A DNA stretch of 61,291 nucleotides, counting the filler, from Catajapyx aquilonaris (lineage: Eukaryota), in the NCBI GenBank assembly GCA_000934665.2. It is 2 parts of 2 records of this genome, joined end to end, with 100 filler letters (N's around TTAATTAATTAA, not from the genome) between each part and the next. Parts side by side here need not be neighbours in the genome. Positions count along the whole stretch, not along the records: positions 1 to 30,621 come from JYFJ02004630.1; positions 30,722 to 61,291 come from JYFJ02004631.1. One strand, given 5' to 3'. The position numbers and the translations under genes are program-made. The notes beneath the pieces were generated by a model. It ran no database searches. It was given only the letters and a program-made list of their open reading frames with translations, and was not told where the DNA came from. Positions 25,782-40,619 of this stretch are shown here, piece after piece; positions within the stretch are counted from its first letter, which is position 1, and each line of letters starts with the position of its first letter.

Positions 25782-26497
25782 CATTGTATTCTTGGGTCCT
25801 CATATTGACCCCTGTTCCAATGGCCCTTTCCCACTGACAGTACGTTAACTATGCTGTCCGGGTCCGTCCCGTGTCTTCTCTGCTTCCAGAATAATTCCCC
25901 GAGGCAAACAGCCTTTCACTTGCATGCACAATGGTCAGCACTGACCTCCGAAGCTAAGAGTTCAAGCCGACGCGACGGTTCAAACTCAATCCAGTTTTTA
26001 GACTGGGTCCGATTTGACAGTCCAGTTCCTGGCCTCGGTTGTTTCAACAACTTAGTAGGCTAAGTGGTACCAATTCCACGCCCAGAATGTCCTCTTTCTA
26101 CCTGCCCAAGGGCCACCCTGGACCCTGGATATCCAGAAATCCGACCACCTGTCACATTTCGACCATTCATAACCGCCTGAGACATTTCCAGGGGCTTGTC
26201 AGGCTGAACCAAGTGGAGATAAATACAGTCCGAAACATCCCGAATGTCCCTGGACAGGTCCCGGGGCCGCCCACGGGCGCGCACTGTGGTGAAAATGGCA
26301 ATAATATAGACAATAAAGCACATTCGGATAGAGTGGAATGAGCCCAGGCTCTGCCGGTCTCCATTTTCGCGCGCTTCCCCTCAGAGGTCCGCGCCTCCAC
26401 TATAAAACGGCCACCCTTGACGGGGAGGGCTTCATTCCTCAGCCAGCAGTCGTCGAGGTAGCATCGTCTCCCGCACGTCTCCAGTTGATCCGCCGAG

Positions 26498-27022
26498 ATG
26501 ACAGATGTGGTAGCAGTAGCAGCCTCGTTCCTGGGCACACCCATGAAGCTAGAGGTCTACCAAGCCCAATGCGGGGAGGACCCAGCCCAGCCATCCCGGG
26601 ACCTGTGAGATGGGGAAGGGGGCCATAAAGAGCCTGGACGAGAGAGGAGGTTCCTCCGTGCAGGTCATCAAGAAGTACATCGCCTGCAACTACAAGGTGG
26701 ACGCAGAGAAGGTGACCCCGCTCCTCAAGAAGTACCTGAAGAGCGCTGTGCTCTCCGGAGGGTTGGTCCAGGTCAAGGGGAATGGGGCCAGCGGGTCATT
26801 CAAGATCGGAGGGAAGAAGGGGTCATCGGGGACAAGGGGAAGGCGACCAAGGAGAACGAGGCCAAGCCCAGGAAGGTAGCGGCTGGGGAAAAGACCAATA
26901 GGGCGGCCCCCAAGTGGAAGAAGCCTCTTGCTGCCAGGGCCAAGGACCCAAAGACTCTCAAGCCCAAGAAGGCTGTAACCAAGAAGACCACCAAGAAGGC
27001 CCCAGCACCCAAGAAGAAGTAA
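26498..27022 (+). pseudogene. His1: Histone H1, divergent, two frameshifts
   Basis: Globular domain HP..CEM...AIKSLDERGGSSVQVIKKYI...LVQVKGNGASGSFKI; K/P/A-rich tail in another frame ending PKKK*; frameshifts near 26550 and 26830; TATAAAA at 26401; imperfect stem-loop at 27102-27117. Confidence 0.8.
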
Positions 27023-28410
27023 ATTGCTCCCGATGCGATGGGAGTAGGACGACCACCTTTCGTCCTGGAGTAATGGAGATTTTAGAAGGACTTTTAAAAA
27101 CTGCCCTTTTCAGAGCCACCCAAATAAATCAGAAAGAGCCTAATTATGCGAAACCAATGGGTCTTGACCACAACAGTAGCTACTTGAGTCTCCCAACAAT
27201 AAAGAACCATCCCTTCCTCTTAAGTTTAAAGTATATGGAGGGAAAGTATTGTCGCCCACTGATAAAAAACCGGATCATGATTGAGGGAAAGTTGCCAAAA
27301 TCCCGGTTATTTGGTGATAAAACCAGATACCGTGTAAGTGTTTTCCAAAACCAGAGATTCGGACACCCCGCCAATGAACAGCGATAAGAGCGCACCCTCC
27401 CAATTGTTCCTGTGCGGGCACAGCAATGCCACCGCTGGTGTAGTGATGGGCAAAAAACGTGATTACTCTGTAACAGTGACAAAAGAAAGGTTTACGCACG
27501 TTTACGCGACACGTTTTGTCTGTGAGCGCGGATCTGTCATGTTGGTGTGCTTATCACCATATGATACGTCATGTGTGAATTGTAAACAAATGAATCGTGA
27601 ATAGTTTTGAATACTTTGTGACGGAATTAAAGAAAATCGCGAATAGCGTACGCGATTGAAGAATGACTCTACAATTGACCACTGATTTTACAATACCAGT
27701 GATTTTTAAATGCGACGTGACTTTAGTCCCATCGTCCAAGATGGCGTGGCAGATGGCGCCTTCTTCGTTGTGGTCCAGTTGAGTCTCGATCAGTGTCAAC
27801 GGGAGCTTACTGAAGATTATCGGTGCTGGGCGGGCGGAAAACGGGACTGTGCGGGGTAGGCTGAAGGACCATTCCGTCCTTTGAATTTGGGGAAGTGTGG
27901 GAAGGAAAAAGGAATAAGGGTGTGTATGACACAGGTACACAGGCCATGGACCCAGAGGACACGGAGCTGCTGAGATCAGTCAAGGGCTGTTTGGAAGGCT
28001 TCTTTGCTCGTTGGGACAAGGTGGAGGGGGTCATGGGCGTGCCGGAAGAGTGGGTCCTCTGGAAGGAGAAAGGCAGCAGGGTGAGTTGATGATGCTTGAC
28101 CCAATATCATCATGGGAAATGGTCATTGCGCAATGTGAGACTTAAATGTGAATTGTTTCCTTGTTAGCCACTGATGCGCATCCCAGCCACCATCCTTCAG
28201 AAGGGCTTACAATAACTGGCCATGCTGCAAGTGATCCTGCGGTGTTCTAGGGCTTACGACAGAATGATGTCAAAGTTGAAGCGGACCAGTTCAAGGTGGA
28301 GGAGGTGGCAATTGATATGGAAGGAGTGAAGGATGCAGGATGTTGGGTAAGGTTTACTACTGGAGAAGGCAGTCATGAAACACATAGGCCGTAGGGTGCT
28401 TGGAGTTGGC

Positions 28411-28439
28411 TAATAATAATAATAATAGTAATAATAATA

Positions 28440-28485
<46 letters not shown>
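28411..28485. repeat. (TAA)n microsatellite
   Basis: About 25 TAA/TAG units. Confidence 0.95.
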
Positions 28486-30269
28486 GAATTCTTTATTTCG
28501 TCATGGGGGTTACGATAATAAATGTGTCATTTTCACAAGTCAATTGTTACATTTATGATAATTTTTAGTCAAGGCAAAGAGCATCTGCACTCCTGACATG
28601 TGAGAATCACAATTTGCTGCAACCCGACCTTGATGAAGAATATTGTATAAGTGCCACCCTCTTCTATTGACCCCACTACTAATTTCACCAGGAGTAGGTA
28701 GGCCTATCTAGAAAGTATGTGAGATGCTGTGGAGTGCATCTGATTGTGTCTTGCCTCATACTTGGCATCCAAGTAAATGTTTTGTCTTGTTTGGATCATC
28801 ACTATCAGTTTTGTCATTGGTAAATAATGTGATTTTGTTCCAGGCTTTTAATACTGATTTCATCTTGGATTCCCTTTGTTCAAAAACTGCAGGTGAATCT
28901 AGGGCAGGTATTATGTAGCGTTCGTCAGCTGGAGGTAGACATGACATAATGATCTTGTATAGAAACTGCTATATTCAGCCACCTGGGAATATATGGGAAC
29001 CTGGATGAGGGCCCAACAAGCTATCAAATGCACCCAACACAGCTGATGAGCATACATCAAGTGGGTAATTACTAAGAAGTTGAGTGCCCTTGGTTGTGTC
29101 CACATATGTGTTTTAGGTTGTATGCATGCAAGCAGCCTAGAGCCTGGACTTGTCAGATTCTTTCCTTGCATGGATGGGTACAAACCTTCCAGGAAACGGT
29201 ATAATATTAATATGCATGAAAAGCCAATTATCTTGGTAACTAAGCTGTGGAGACCAAATGACACCTGTACGCAATGTCACCCTTAAGGTTTGTCATATCC
29301 TTCTGAATTACCTGGTATTATGAACATAATTATGAAGGTTCCCACAGTCTGCAAGAGTTTGAAGTGTCATAAGCGTATGTAATTACTAGAGCCAAGAGCA
29401 GATAGTCAATATCAAATTATGTTGAGCAATGTTTGTGGCTAAAACACTCTGCTCTGTCATATTTTTTACATGAGACCTTATCAATAAGGATTTTTACTGG
29501 CACATTCTAACATAATGAAATAATGGAGTAACTTAGACAGTGTGCATTGTAGAAAGTCAAGCTCATTCTATGCACTATTACTTAAAAAAAATTATCATGA
29601 GATAAGTTCTTTGCGTATGCTATCTGTACAGTATTTTGCACTGATAGTGAAGTCAATAGATAATAGAAATTATCAGAGGCAAACCTACAAGTTATAATAA
29701 TTGCACATTATCAATATCAAAGTAGTAACCCTGCACTGATCCTTATCATCAGAGATACCATAAATATCTAGAAATAGGCTATCTAGCTAAATGTTGCTGA
29801 CAAGTTTCTGCACCACACTTTAGTGTACTTGTCTGGCACATGCTCATGAGCACCTGACAAGTGAGTGAGAATTATGGTAGGCTACCAATACTATTTTCTT
29901 CTGCAGTGGAGGACCAATTTCCAAGATCAATGTAGATGGCTTCCATGTGTATTTTTTTGTGGTAGATATGGCCTACACTTTTCCCAAAACCTTGGCCACT
30001 GCTTACTATGCCAAATGAGATGGCAGTTTAAATTAAAATTGTATGGTAACAGACGTGTTTCAAATGGAAAAGGCAAGATCTTTGCAGATGGACACATACC
30101 TACCAGGATATTTTATATTTTGTGTTTGAAGAACATCTCGGTCACAGTAACAAGGCTGAAAATACTAAATGACACTGGTGTGCAAGAATTTAGTCTAGAA
30201 ATTTGTAGAAATTATCATGAAACAACCTGGATAGTGAAAATTCTTTTAAACAGTCTAACATGATGCTGG

Positions 30270-30421
30270 TACTATTGGGTTCAAATACTTTTGGCCACTT
30301 TATCCTGGTCTTGAAGCAACCCTTTGCACAGACCCCACGTTAAGGAGGTGTGTGTGTGTGTGTGCGAAGGGTTGCTTCAAGACCAGGATAAAGTGGCCAA
30401 AAGTATTTGAACCTGACAGTA
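30270..30421. mobile_element. Palindromic MITE
   Basis: About 50-bp near-perfect arms GGTTCAAATACTTTTGGCCACTTTATCCTGGTCTTGAAGCAACCCTT / AAGGGTTGCTTCAAGACCAGGATAAAGTGGCCAAAAGTATTTGAACC around a (GT)n-containing loop. Confidence 0.75.
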
Positions 30422-30621
30422 CAGTACCTGCCCTTAAAACATGGTGCACTGACTGCACTCAATAATTACTGTACTTCTATGACACAATATAATGATTTCA
30501 TTGGGTTGCATGCTGGTAATATTGGGGTGGTTCCATTTCAAATCAGGCGGAGGCTGTCAGGGCTTGGTCTCCGATTATTACGGAAAAATTACACGAAGTA
30601 CCACTGTCGAAATGATGACGA

Positions 30622-30721
30622 NNNNNNNNNNNNNNNNNNNNNNNNNNNNNNNNNNNNNNNNNNNNTTAATTAATTAANNNNNNNNNNNNNNNNNNNNNNN
30701 NNNNNNNNNNNNNNNNNNNNN
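30622..30721. other. Artificial scaffold gap / linker
   Basis: Exactly 44 N + TTAATTAATTAA (stops in all six frames) + 44 N = 100 bp. Confidence 0.95.
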
Positions 30722-33700
30722 AGAAAAGATAACTAACTCTGCTCGAGTATATGTGCAGGAAGCGCTCACCTACAATCCTGTAGTGTTGACGAGTACAAAA
30801 TGAAGGATTAAAAATTGCCAAAAAAAGATATCTAAAAATATGAACGTGGATCAGTTAAGAAAAGATAATAACTTAATAATGCCGACTGTTTGAAACATTT
30901 ATTATGCACATTTAATGGGAGGTTCCTGGTTACAATTAAGCATTGCGAATGGTTCAACGAGATTGATAGTACCTGATGCAGTTGTGAACTGGGTTGTCTG
31001 AAAACCAGGTATAACGCACATTATCTAGATTCAATTTTTTTGCCATTATTAGCTCCATATTAGCCACTAGACCAATGCAACACATGACAAATATCTACTG
31101 CATATGCGGGTAATTAGCTAGTACTGTAATACAGGCCAATGTTTAACTCGAACGAATACTTGCGAGTAACGGATTTTAATGTTTAGATGCAATGACATGC
31201 TATAAAATTGAAGCCTTTTTTATTCTAAATTTCCTTAATAATATACTGTACTTGCCTCCCTGAAGACCTGGCACCCGAAGACCTGGCACACCGAAATTAC
31301 TCGTAATTGACCTGGAATCTCAACGAGGAAGAATTTATTGAGGGGTAATTAAGGTTCTTTATTAGCAAGCTTGTTTTTGTTTTTTCCGATCCACAGATAT
31401 GGGCACAACACGCATTATATGAAAAAAGTTAGTCTGTTTAATCGCACATATACGTATAGATGTAGATTCTGCTATAGGTTTGACGGTGATGACCGGTGCT
31501 TCAATATTCCTTCGAGCGTTCCTCTCTGAATTTCTTGCTCCTCCTCCTCCAGGGGGTTTATGTGAACAGGAGCTCTGTCCTGCATCTGTGGAAGAGAACA
31601 GATAGTTGTGAAACTATTGGTCATCACTCACTTTATAGAGACAGAGAGTGTCAGATATTTCCTGATATGCAGTATTTTTCTGATAACGTGTTCTTAGCAC
31701 ATATAGCTACGGTATTTTCTTTCTGGTAATAATTTATTTGCTCATTTCATGAACATTGAATTATCAGCTTGGGGCAACTTGACACCCTGTAGTCATAGCA
31801 TTGTTTCTAAGAAGGCAACGACTTCTGTTTCCTCAACCCTAAATAACCGACCCAGGCGCCATTGAAAAGTAATCACTCGGAGAGACGGATATAGCAGTAG
31901 GTCTATATCCAGCACACGTGTGTTTTCGAAGAGGAACCACAGGCACATAAGGACATATGAGTCGAACTTACTTTTCCGAATGTGCGTCACACTACTATAC
32001 AGTATAACCCACTTAGAAAGTGCCAAGCGCCAATAAAAGTTTGGCTATAGATGATAGATAACCTACGTCAACCTAATGGAAGCCTCCCATTTTAGTGGAC
32101 ATAGTTGACGTCGAGGAATTTTCTTCTTCAAAGAAACTGTCTCCGCAATGCTCAGTTTTTTTTCTTTAAAAAACATTCCTGCTCTGCACACAATCAATAC
32201 ATTTTAATTAGTGCCTGTTTCCTACCAGTTGAAAACATACCGTCAAAAGCTCGCGGTCACATATTATAAAATGACACGACTTATGTAATATTTAACGAGG
32301 CTCGGTCACATTCACGTTAATAGGCTGACATCGCTTATTTCTTTTTATTTATGCGGCTCATTACTGCGGTTATAAAATTTTCCGGCGGTGTGCAACATTT
32401 TAACAGACTCAACGAAAATCAATGTCTAGTTCTGCTCTAAAAAAAACTGGGAGGTAAAAAAAAATGGTGGAAGTAGAATCGGAGCCAGGTCTCTAAAATT
32501 GTGCATAATTAAAAGTGACATCAGCCTAAAAATGTTGGCAGTTCATTTTGCAGCCTCACTGACACCTACTGTCGCATTGTCTGCAGACTGACAAAATTTT
32601 ATCCGGGTGCTGTGGAGGAAAGACAAAAAGGTCAGGAAATGCAGGACGGCTGCTCTACATCATAAATTGAATTTAAATAGATCTGACAGTGAGACTGAAG
32701 CGACTCTCTGCTGGCAACACTAGAAACAAAATGCTCTGGAACTGTGCACAAAAATATTTCGACACTGGAAACGCAAATTAAATACCGTATCTAATACGAA
32801 AAACAAAAACCAATAATGCATTGGAAAATTATTTGAATTATTAATAATTGAGAATATTTTGTACTCCAATGAGTTTTTTTTTCTGATGAAGCTAAGTTGA
32901 ATTTTGCTCCAATTGAACAGAAAATAGCATTGTTTTATGGTCTATCTGTTTAAAATATTAACTCCTACTCTTTTATGCGCGGTCATTCTGCCTCAGGAAT
33001 TTTACATAAACCGGGGGGAGTTGAAGGGGGCTTAAAAATAGTGTCAGGTGAAGTTGGGTGGGACAATCTGTGGGGAGAGTGGCCAAATATCGGTCTGGAG
33101 CCTTCTGGTGCTACCCCCACGAATCCAATATTCCAACTCACCCTACCGGAAACCAACCCTTTTTTTGTGTGTCTCTCTATCCTCACCACCATCACCTCTG
33201 GTCCTCTTCTTCGGAAAAAAGCCTCTTCCCTAATCTCCAACACTGAAGCTGGAAAATGGCATGGACCAGCCCACATCTGCTGCTGAACCGAAACTTTTCT
33301 TTTTGCTCCGGATAGCTTTTAGCGGACCGAAAAACTTCCTGAGGGTTACTGTGTCATGTGATACAGGGTGTGCCAAAACTGCTGGACAATTCCGCATTAG
33401 GTGCATAATTAATCATGTTTCAAGAAACACTGGCATCTTGTATCGAGCTTGAACCATAACTCATTGGGTTTCCATCAGGTCTTTTGTTCCGTGTATGCCG
33501 CAAGTGGCATTCCGCTAATTAGCGCCAAGTCTTGAGCGAGAATGTTATCGCTGCTTTTGAGCGGGTGAAACGTCGCTAGGAGGAATTTCAGAGGGAAACA
33601 GGAAATGAAGAGTGGATGTTACATCTGGAAGTTTTGTACAAGGGCTGGGAAAAGGGACAGTAGTTGCCATTTCCATTTCTTTCTTTTCTGTGGAAGAAGG

Positions 33701-36700
33701 GCTCTTGAATTATTCAGGGGGACAGCAGTCGGCTTGGGGGCTCGTTAACGTCACTTGGAGGCCACGAACAAAAGGGAGAAAACCATAGAGTGCTTGCACT
33801 GTACCAATATTGGTACTAGCAAAGTCCAGGGCTCTACTATTACCATCCTTTTCATCAAGCATGTTGTGCCAGTAATGTTCACATATATGGCAAAGAAAAG
33901 TCTCAGCATTTGAAACGTTCTGCGTACGCAAAATATGTGGAGCACAGTGATTCGGTTTCTTTATGCCGAAAATTCAATAACGCATGGCCGCATTTTCCTG
34001 GTGACACACTGGCACAGATAACATGCAATAAAATAATTATGTGAGCCCATAATAATCACATGTGGCGGATCAGTTGCTGAACTTTTGCAATTAGCATTAT
34101 GATGCCCAAAAGGTTGTGTTTATTTAGTACCGCCTTTAACCATCTGCCATATTTATACAAACATATTAACGATCAGTAAGCGGTTATACTATACGTTGAA
34201 AATACACTCTGGCAATGTAATACTCTTAAAGGGTTCCAAACCACATTTTATAGCATTCTAGACGAGAGAGGGTGAGAAAGGAAATAGAAAGAAAAAAAAA
34301 AGTTTGGGCAGGTCTCGTTTAGACTCGTTTTACACCCTTCAGCATGCAAATGGCGCGCAGTTTCGTTTCTATCGAGGACCAGCCATGGACAGGCCACAAT
34401 TTTCCACTCACTTTGATGACACGAGTATACGGTTGGTATCGTCTCCTCTGGTTCTAGAGGTGTCCCATGGAAACTCGGGAGGACTGTTCTGATTCCTTTT
34501 TTTTTGTCCGGGAAGAGCATCCTGCTGCCAAGCTCAATTCTAACGATACACGTTTTCCAAAGGACGATAAGCTGGAAATGTGGGTCCCCAAGGAAACGGT
34601 AACAACGACAACTTAAAAAAAAAAAGAAGAGGAGGAACGGTGAAAGCAAATGGAATCTGATCGATATTGAACGAGTAGTGTTTGTTACTTGTTGTCGATT
34701 CTAATTTATACTAGGCTATATGCTACACTTTATTCGGGACACGAGGATTTATCGGGAGCTTGTTAGAAGGCGACAATATTGTTGGCCACTTAAACTGCAA
34801 CATACTGCAAATTCTCCCCACGCAGCATCATAATCAGTAAACTGGAAGCAATAATATTATGGCATCAGTGTTTCAAACGCAAACCAAGCGTGAGAAAATC
34901 CTCTTCATAATGTGAAAAACAGGGGGGGTAATTGAACGATCTGACTGAACAACAGCGTTAAAAATTGCGAACCTCGTTCAATTAATTCTTTAGTGTTGCC
35001 ATCGATGCAGACATCCGTAAAATTTAAGCGTGAAAACGAAAACAGCTGCGTAGAAAAATAGAGTATGCACGAGAGAAGTGACTATCCTGCCGTATAATAA
35101 ACAAGTTGTTTGCATAGTAAAACTCTGTTGCAGCATTGAACATGCTGAGAGAAAAATGTGTTAAAGTAGTACACGGTGTGCGATTAATTTATAATTTCGT
35201 AGAGATGCACACCTCGAATAAATTGGGGCACTCTGATTTTTTGGCTAAGTTTTTAAGTTGCTTAAACATGTGCAGGACTGCGGGTAATTTGGTGGAACTT
35301 CAACATGCAGTACATATCTCCAGCACTATAGCCTGACACGAGTATGAAATAATTCATATAACCTGACGCAGCAAAGTGCATTACTGTTGCATCAGACCAG
35401 TGTACCTTTCCATGTAGACTTGGCAATTTCTATGGCGCCGCTGTAAATATTTTATGATATACATCGCACGCAACAAGTTTTCTTACTCAGATATGACACT
35501 AGTAAGGTCAGAAACTTCCTACAAAACCTTGAAGGTCGTATTTGGACACATACTTCATGTGACGAAAATATAGCGACGGTAGTACATAGAGCGTGTGATT
35601 AGATCAGTCAGGGCCTGATCGTTCTGCATTGTTCAGTAGCCCTACATGTGAACACACATAGATATCGATGGCACTGTGTGCGGATTACACCTCATCCATA
35701 TTTCAAGAGCACTGCCCACCACGTATTTACCATTCACAGCCTGGCTTATTACGACACCCTGCCGATAACACTTGATCCTGCAACCAAATTTTTAGCATAA
35801 TCCATTCAGGTGCATGTTTCAGGGTGTAATTATCCAGTCGATTTATCGCAATCTGTTAATTTCGAAAGGTCCAACACACGGTTCAAGTTACTTCCAGAAT
35901 ATTTTTGTCCATCATGCTTCCGGTACACCATGTAGGACCTATTAATAGATCGCAAATATTAGGACTCAACACAGCACAACTGAAGTTCGATAATCGTATA
36001 AATTTTTAATATCGCTGAGGGCCAAAAGTTTGTAACACCATTTTAAGCCTGAGCATTTCCATATCGTTGCTTTATCGTCTGACATAACCGGATCTTTTTA
36101 CTACCTGATACATTTTCTGAGCTTTATAATACGGCAATATTTTGCATGATAGCATAATATAATTTCCACTTAGGAGAACGGATTGATAAGTCCTCGCTTC
36201 GATCATAAAACTTCTAAAAAGCCTGATTTGCATGACTCACGCGACTGTTATTTGATTCGGAAACGCCCCGTCTCTTTATACGGTCTTCATTTCCGTCCGA
36301 TTTTAAAGGGGGACGAAAGGGTGCACAGTTTTACAGCTCCAGTTTCTAAATGTCACGATAGTATGTGTCTCGATTAAAAGTCATGACCCGCACTCACTGA
36401 ATGCTTAATAAGTTGGTGGGGGCGAAAAAGCAATTGCGATGTCAAGGTTGCCGCGGCTTTGCTTATGTTGGCAGCAAGCCCCTTGCCATTCTTGTCTTGT
36501 AGAGCTGCCCGGATTATTTGGAATTCTGTGGGAAACTCATGTCAAATATTCCAAGTCTTGCGGTAAAGCGTGCGGGAAGAGCACTCACTGGGGCCACTTT
36601 GAACAGGAAGAATGCAAGAGCTGCTCTGTGCTTGAAGTGACGGCAAATCTCCAATCCTGCTGCTGGGCGGTTTTGTGTAGCATTTCAGACAAGCTACAAA

Positions 36701-39700
36701 AGCCAGAAACGTGCTCTGCCTGTCATGAAATGCAATTTTAAACGCCAGGGAACAAAATGGGAAAAGCTAGCTGTTAAAAGTAGCGGCTACTTTGCACCAA
36801 ATGTGGACCGAAAAAAGCACACTTTGCCTGCACAGTGTTTAAAGCTTGTACCACAATGTTCTTGCACTGTCCGCGATTCTGTGGGTGAAATATTTTATTC
36901 TCGAGACTTCCTGCGTATGGTTGAGACATATCCAGACAAGATCTGTTCCTTAAATGAAAACTCAATTGCTCTGATGATAATTACGTTGTACAATGGCTGA
37001 CAGGTCAAAGTGCCTGGGAGTAATGAAATAGGGACGTCTCAGGCTCATTCCGATGCATGAATTTAAAGGAAGGGACTCATTAATTAAGGAGGAGGCTGTG
37101 TCAGGTGGAAGTAATTAAGAGGAGTGATTAGGAGAGGTGTAAAATAATTGATATGTCTACTTAATTAACAATAAATATTCATAAGGTTTCGAAATGCACG
37201 GTATGGATCAAGTTACAAATCCTTGAGAGAGGAAGACACTATTTCAGAATCGTGGAGATTTTGCGAAAATTAGTCAATTTGTTAATTAACCGAAATTAGA
37301 AAGTACATCGATTTTCTTTGATGGCATGTTTGCACCTAGATCACAACAGTAGTAATTAAGCTATGAGTCGAAATTATTGCGAGATACTTTGATAGAGTGC
37401 TAAGTTTATTATGGAGTAGTTTCTTATCAAACTGACAGGCACGTCCAAGCCAGATGTAGCCTAACTATTACAGGATGAGAAGTTCTGAGGGCCACAGACT
37501 GTAAAACACGAGATTAGAGGTAGTGGTGCGGTGTTGACAAGTGGAGAAGGGGAATGAAACTAAGTTTTGGAGTCACAACTTTGGTGTTGATTCTCCTTGA
37601 TTACCTTTTTCATCTGGCGCAAAGGATCGTTGAGGTGTCACGCTTTGAGCTTGTCGTTTTATGTCGCAGGTATATAATCTCACTGGATCATGATTCGAGA
37701 ATTGCAATCATTGCAGCGGAAGTGTGGTAGAAGTTACAGATTAATCGCGTTGCAAGTTATATAAGTCTTCTAGTAAAAATTTCAGAGGGACATCCCAAAT
37801 TAATGGACGTTTCTCGTTAACTACAGTACACATCAGGTCGCATCAGGATTCATTTAATCCACTTTGGTGGCAATGACAAGTATCCAATTGGGTTTTCGTG
37901 AGAACTTTCCTCCGTGGAGGATTCCAATTGATTGAAATACTAATCACTGGCTTTCTTTTTTCCATTTGAAACGGCTTTCCATTTGCAGCCAGGGGAAAGT
38001 GCTTTCTACGTCTTTGTTAGACCTCACTCAGAGAGGTTCCTAAACTACATTATTTGAGGCCATAAAATGAATGAAGCTGTAGCTTGTTTCCAGATTTGAT
38101 TAAAGGAAAACGATGCATTTTGTGGGATTTTAAAGATCTGCCCAAAGTCGCGTTGTGCATTGGAAAGAAATTTATTCAGGCATTCATGTTAATAATTTAT
38201 TCAGGACGGCTGCTGCATTTGGCCCGTGTGATATGTTTTGTGCACCTCATGCATTAGCGTAAAAATTTAAAATAATACTACGCTCTCTTGCATATGAGCT
38301 TTTATTAGTATTCATGAGTAATTCCCCTGTTTTAATACCCGTCAAACAAAATATTATCCGAGATCGATCCGCATCGATAATGCGAGCAAATAGCTGCCTC
38401 TTAAATTTAATGTGCTGGAAAGTGCACCATATTTTTAATGCTCGGACGCAGGATTATAAATTTAATAATTCGCCAAAAACGACAGCTAAAAAAGTGTTTC
38501 CCTGAATCTTTTACGACCTTTCACGCACATAACCAACAGTGTTGCAATAATGATGCGACTTGCAATGTTCCGCTTTGACACGTAGCTTACCATAACTTCC
38601 AAAATTATTTTGGCACTAAAAATCCAACGCACCTCTGCGTGGCTTGCAAATGTCAATTATTATTTGCAAAATAAATTATGCATAGCTTACCTTCCTGGCT
38701 GCAGATTTGTCCCATCGAACTGGTTCGACTCTTTTCAGCCTCACCTGCACACTATTATGTCAGACCATTAATTGTGGACATACACTCAGCTCGTGCACAG
38801 TAAAAGCAATACATTTCAGCTGACACAGCCTGCATAAATATTGAAGCTGCCCGCAACTCGGACACCAAGAGCATTTTACCACTTGCTTCACTGTTACAGT
38901 GCAATAATTCAACTCGCGTTGTTACGCCAAAAAATAAACCTCTTCATTCCCACTGTACCTTGGGCAAAACCCCCAAAAACTGATAATTTTCTGACAAATT
39001 ATGGGAAGTTTTGTTAAAAAATTGTCAGAACCTTTTGTGTCGCATTTTTTATGTCTTTATACCCGCGGCTTCATTCACACACGCATTCTAATTAGCCCAA
39101 TTAGCTTAATGATGCATTTTCCCTTGGCGTATTGCCGACCAGACCAAACGCATCACCAGCTACGTCTGGAACATCAGATTGAATGATTTATTAGTGCCGG
39201 TAGGTAGGACATTTTTTTATACCACCCCGAATAAAATGAAAGTGAACCCATCCCTTCAAATGACGTTTGAATGATCAGGGCTGTATAACCACGGCTGGGA
39301 GGGGTAACCTACACTGTAACCTGTGTTCGACAGAGTCCGAGTTAAATTAACGAGTCGCGTGCTTTCGGGCTATCTCCACTAAAAATTAGGGGGGCCTCGG
39401 AAAATTTATGCTGCCAGAGAGCAACGTTTTCACACGATGAACACACGGCCTTTCAAAAAGGAGAAACACCTAATCTTCTCAGCTTTGATGAGCCTTCCGT
39501 CTGCACTAACTAGGTGCGAAAAGTAATGAAGTTCTGGTGTGAAAAGAACTTCGGGCGGGTTCCCCAAAAATTATTATTATTCGATTCCGAAAAGAGCCGC
39601 GGTAATGAATGGTATCTATCACTTTTCATAGTGTGAGAGTGTGACAACAACTGTGAACTTCCGGGATTATTATTGGACATGACATTCATTGTGCATTCAC

Positions 39701-40619
39701 AGATGAATTAATTCTGCGGGGAAGAGTGATAAATCGATGCTTTCATTTGTGCGATGGCTACATAAAGGAATATTCATTATGAGAGTAACAGTGTATGACA
39801 TTGTTTTCTTTCTTGGACCTGTGAAGCCTGTATCCTCATCAGAAAATTAAATCATATTTTTCCGTTTAACGTTTGAATATATTATATTATAAAGAGTCTT
39901 AGGAAAATTTCGGAAGAAGTGTGCATATCTGGCGCAGAAACTTCTTAAATTTCCAGAGAAGCGACATATGTAAATGTACATCATTTAGCCTACGTACTGT
40001 GTACTTACTTAAAAATGCACTACTTCAAAGTAGGGTATAATTTTTTGCCGTGTATCGAATTTCCCTTGGGCACTAAAAACTGCGCAACATGTCTGCCACT
40101 AATTGCATGCATTTTACATTCATGGTAGCATTAAAATGTGAATAGTATACAGAGTATGCTTACACTGTTCTAACTTTTCAATAACGGGCCGATAATTCCA
40201 GATTTTTTTTGTCAACACTATACCCAACGTCAACTTTTCAAAACATGTTACGTCAAACAGTCTATCCACTCCACAGATGCACCTGAAAATACTGTACAGG
40301 TTCATTGGATCTTTATTTTCTTGGATCGCCGCCAATGTTTTCCTTCTTATCTGTTGGTAGGGAAAGAAAACAAGTGAGCGCTAATTGAAAATGATCCTTC
40401 CCAGTCTGTTCCAACACCGTAGAAATTTTTCTTCCGTGACAGAAATTGAGAGCATCCTAGGATAGCATTATTAGGAACCCATGCAGTAAGAGAGTCTCCA
40501 TAATAATCCAGCAGGCAGACGTCTCCATGTAATATCTTCTAGCTATTTTTTTCCACTCTCCATTTCAGAGTCGATATCACGTGTCCAATGAAGGTGGAGA
40601 CGTCGGTTCGTGCTGGGGC

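Noticed and set aside
28486..30260. Possible degraded LINE reverse transcriptase next to the (TAA)n tract (AIYIDL-like motif on minus)
   Set aside because: Only isolated weak motifs and no continuous frame.
30666..30677. Palindrome TTAATTAATTAA
   Set aside because: Centred in symmetric N runs; an artificial six-frame-stop linker. Linkage between the two halves of the window should not be interpreted.
30722..40560. Numerous 60-130 aa ORFs and TACAGGGTG-type TIR fragments
   Set aside because: AT-rich intergenic or intronic DNA with no coherent exon chain or confidently paired termini.
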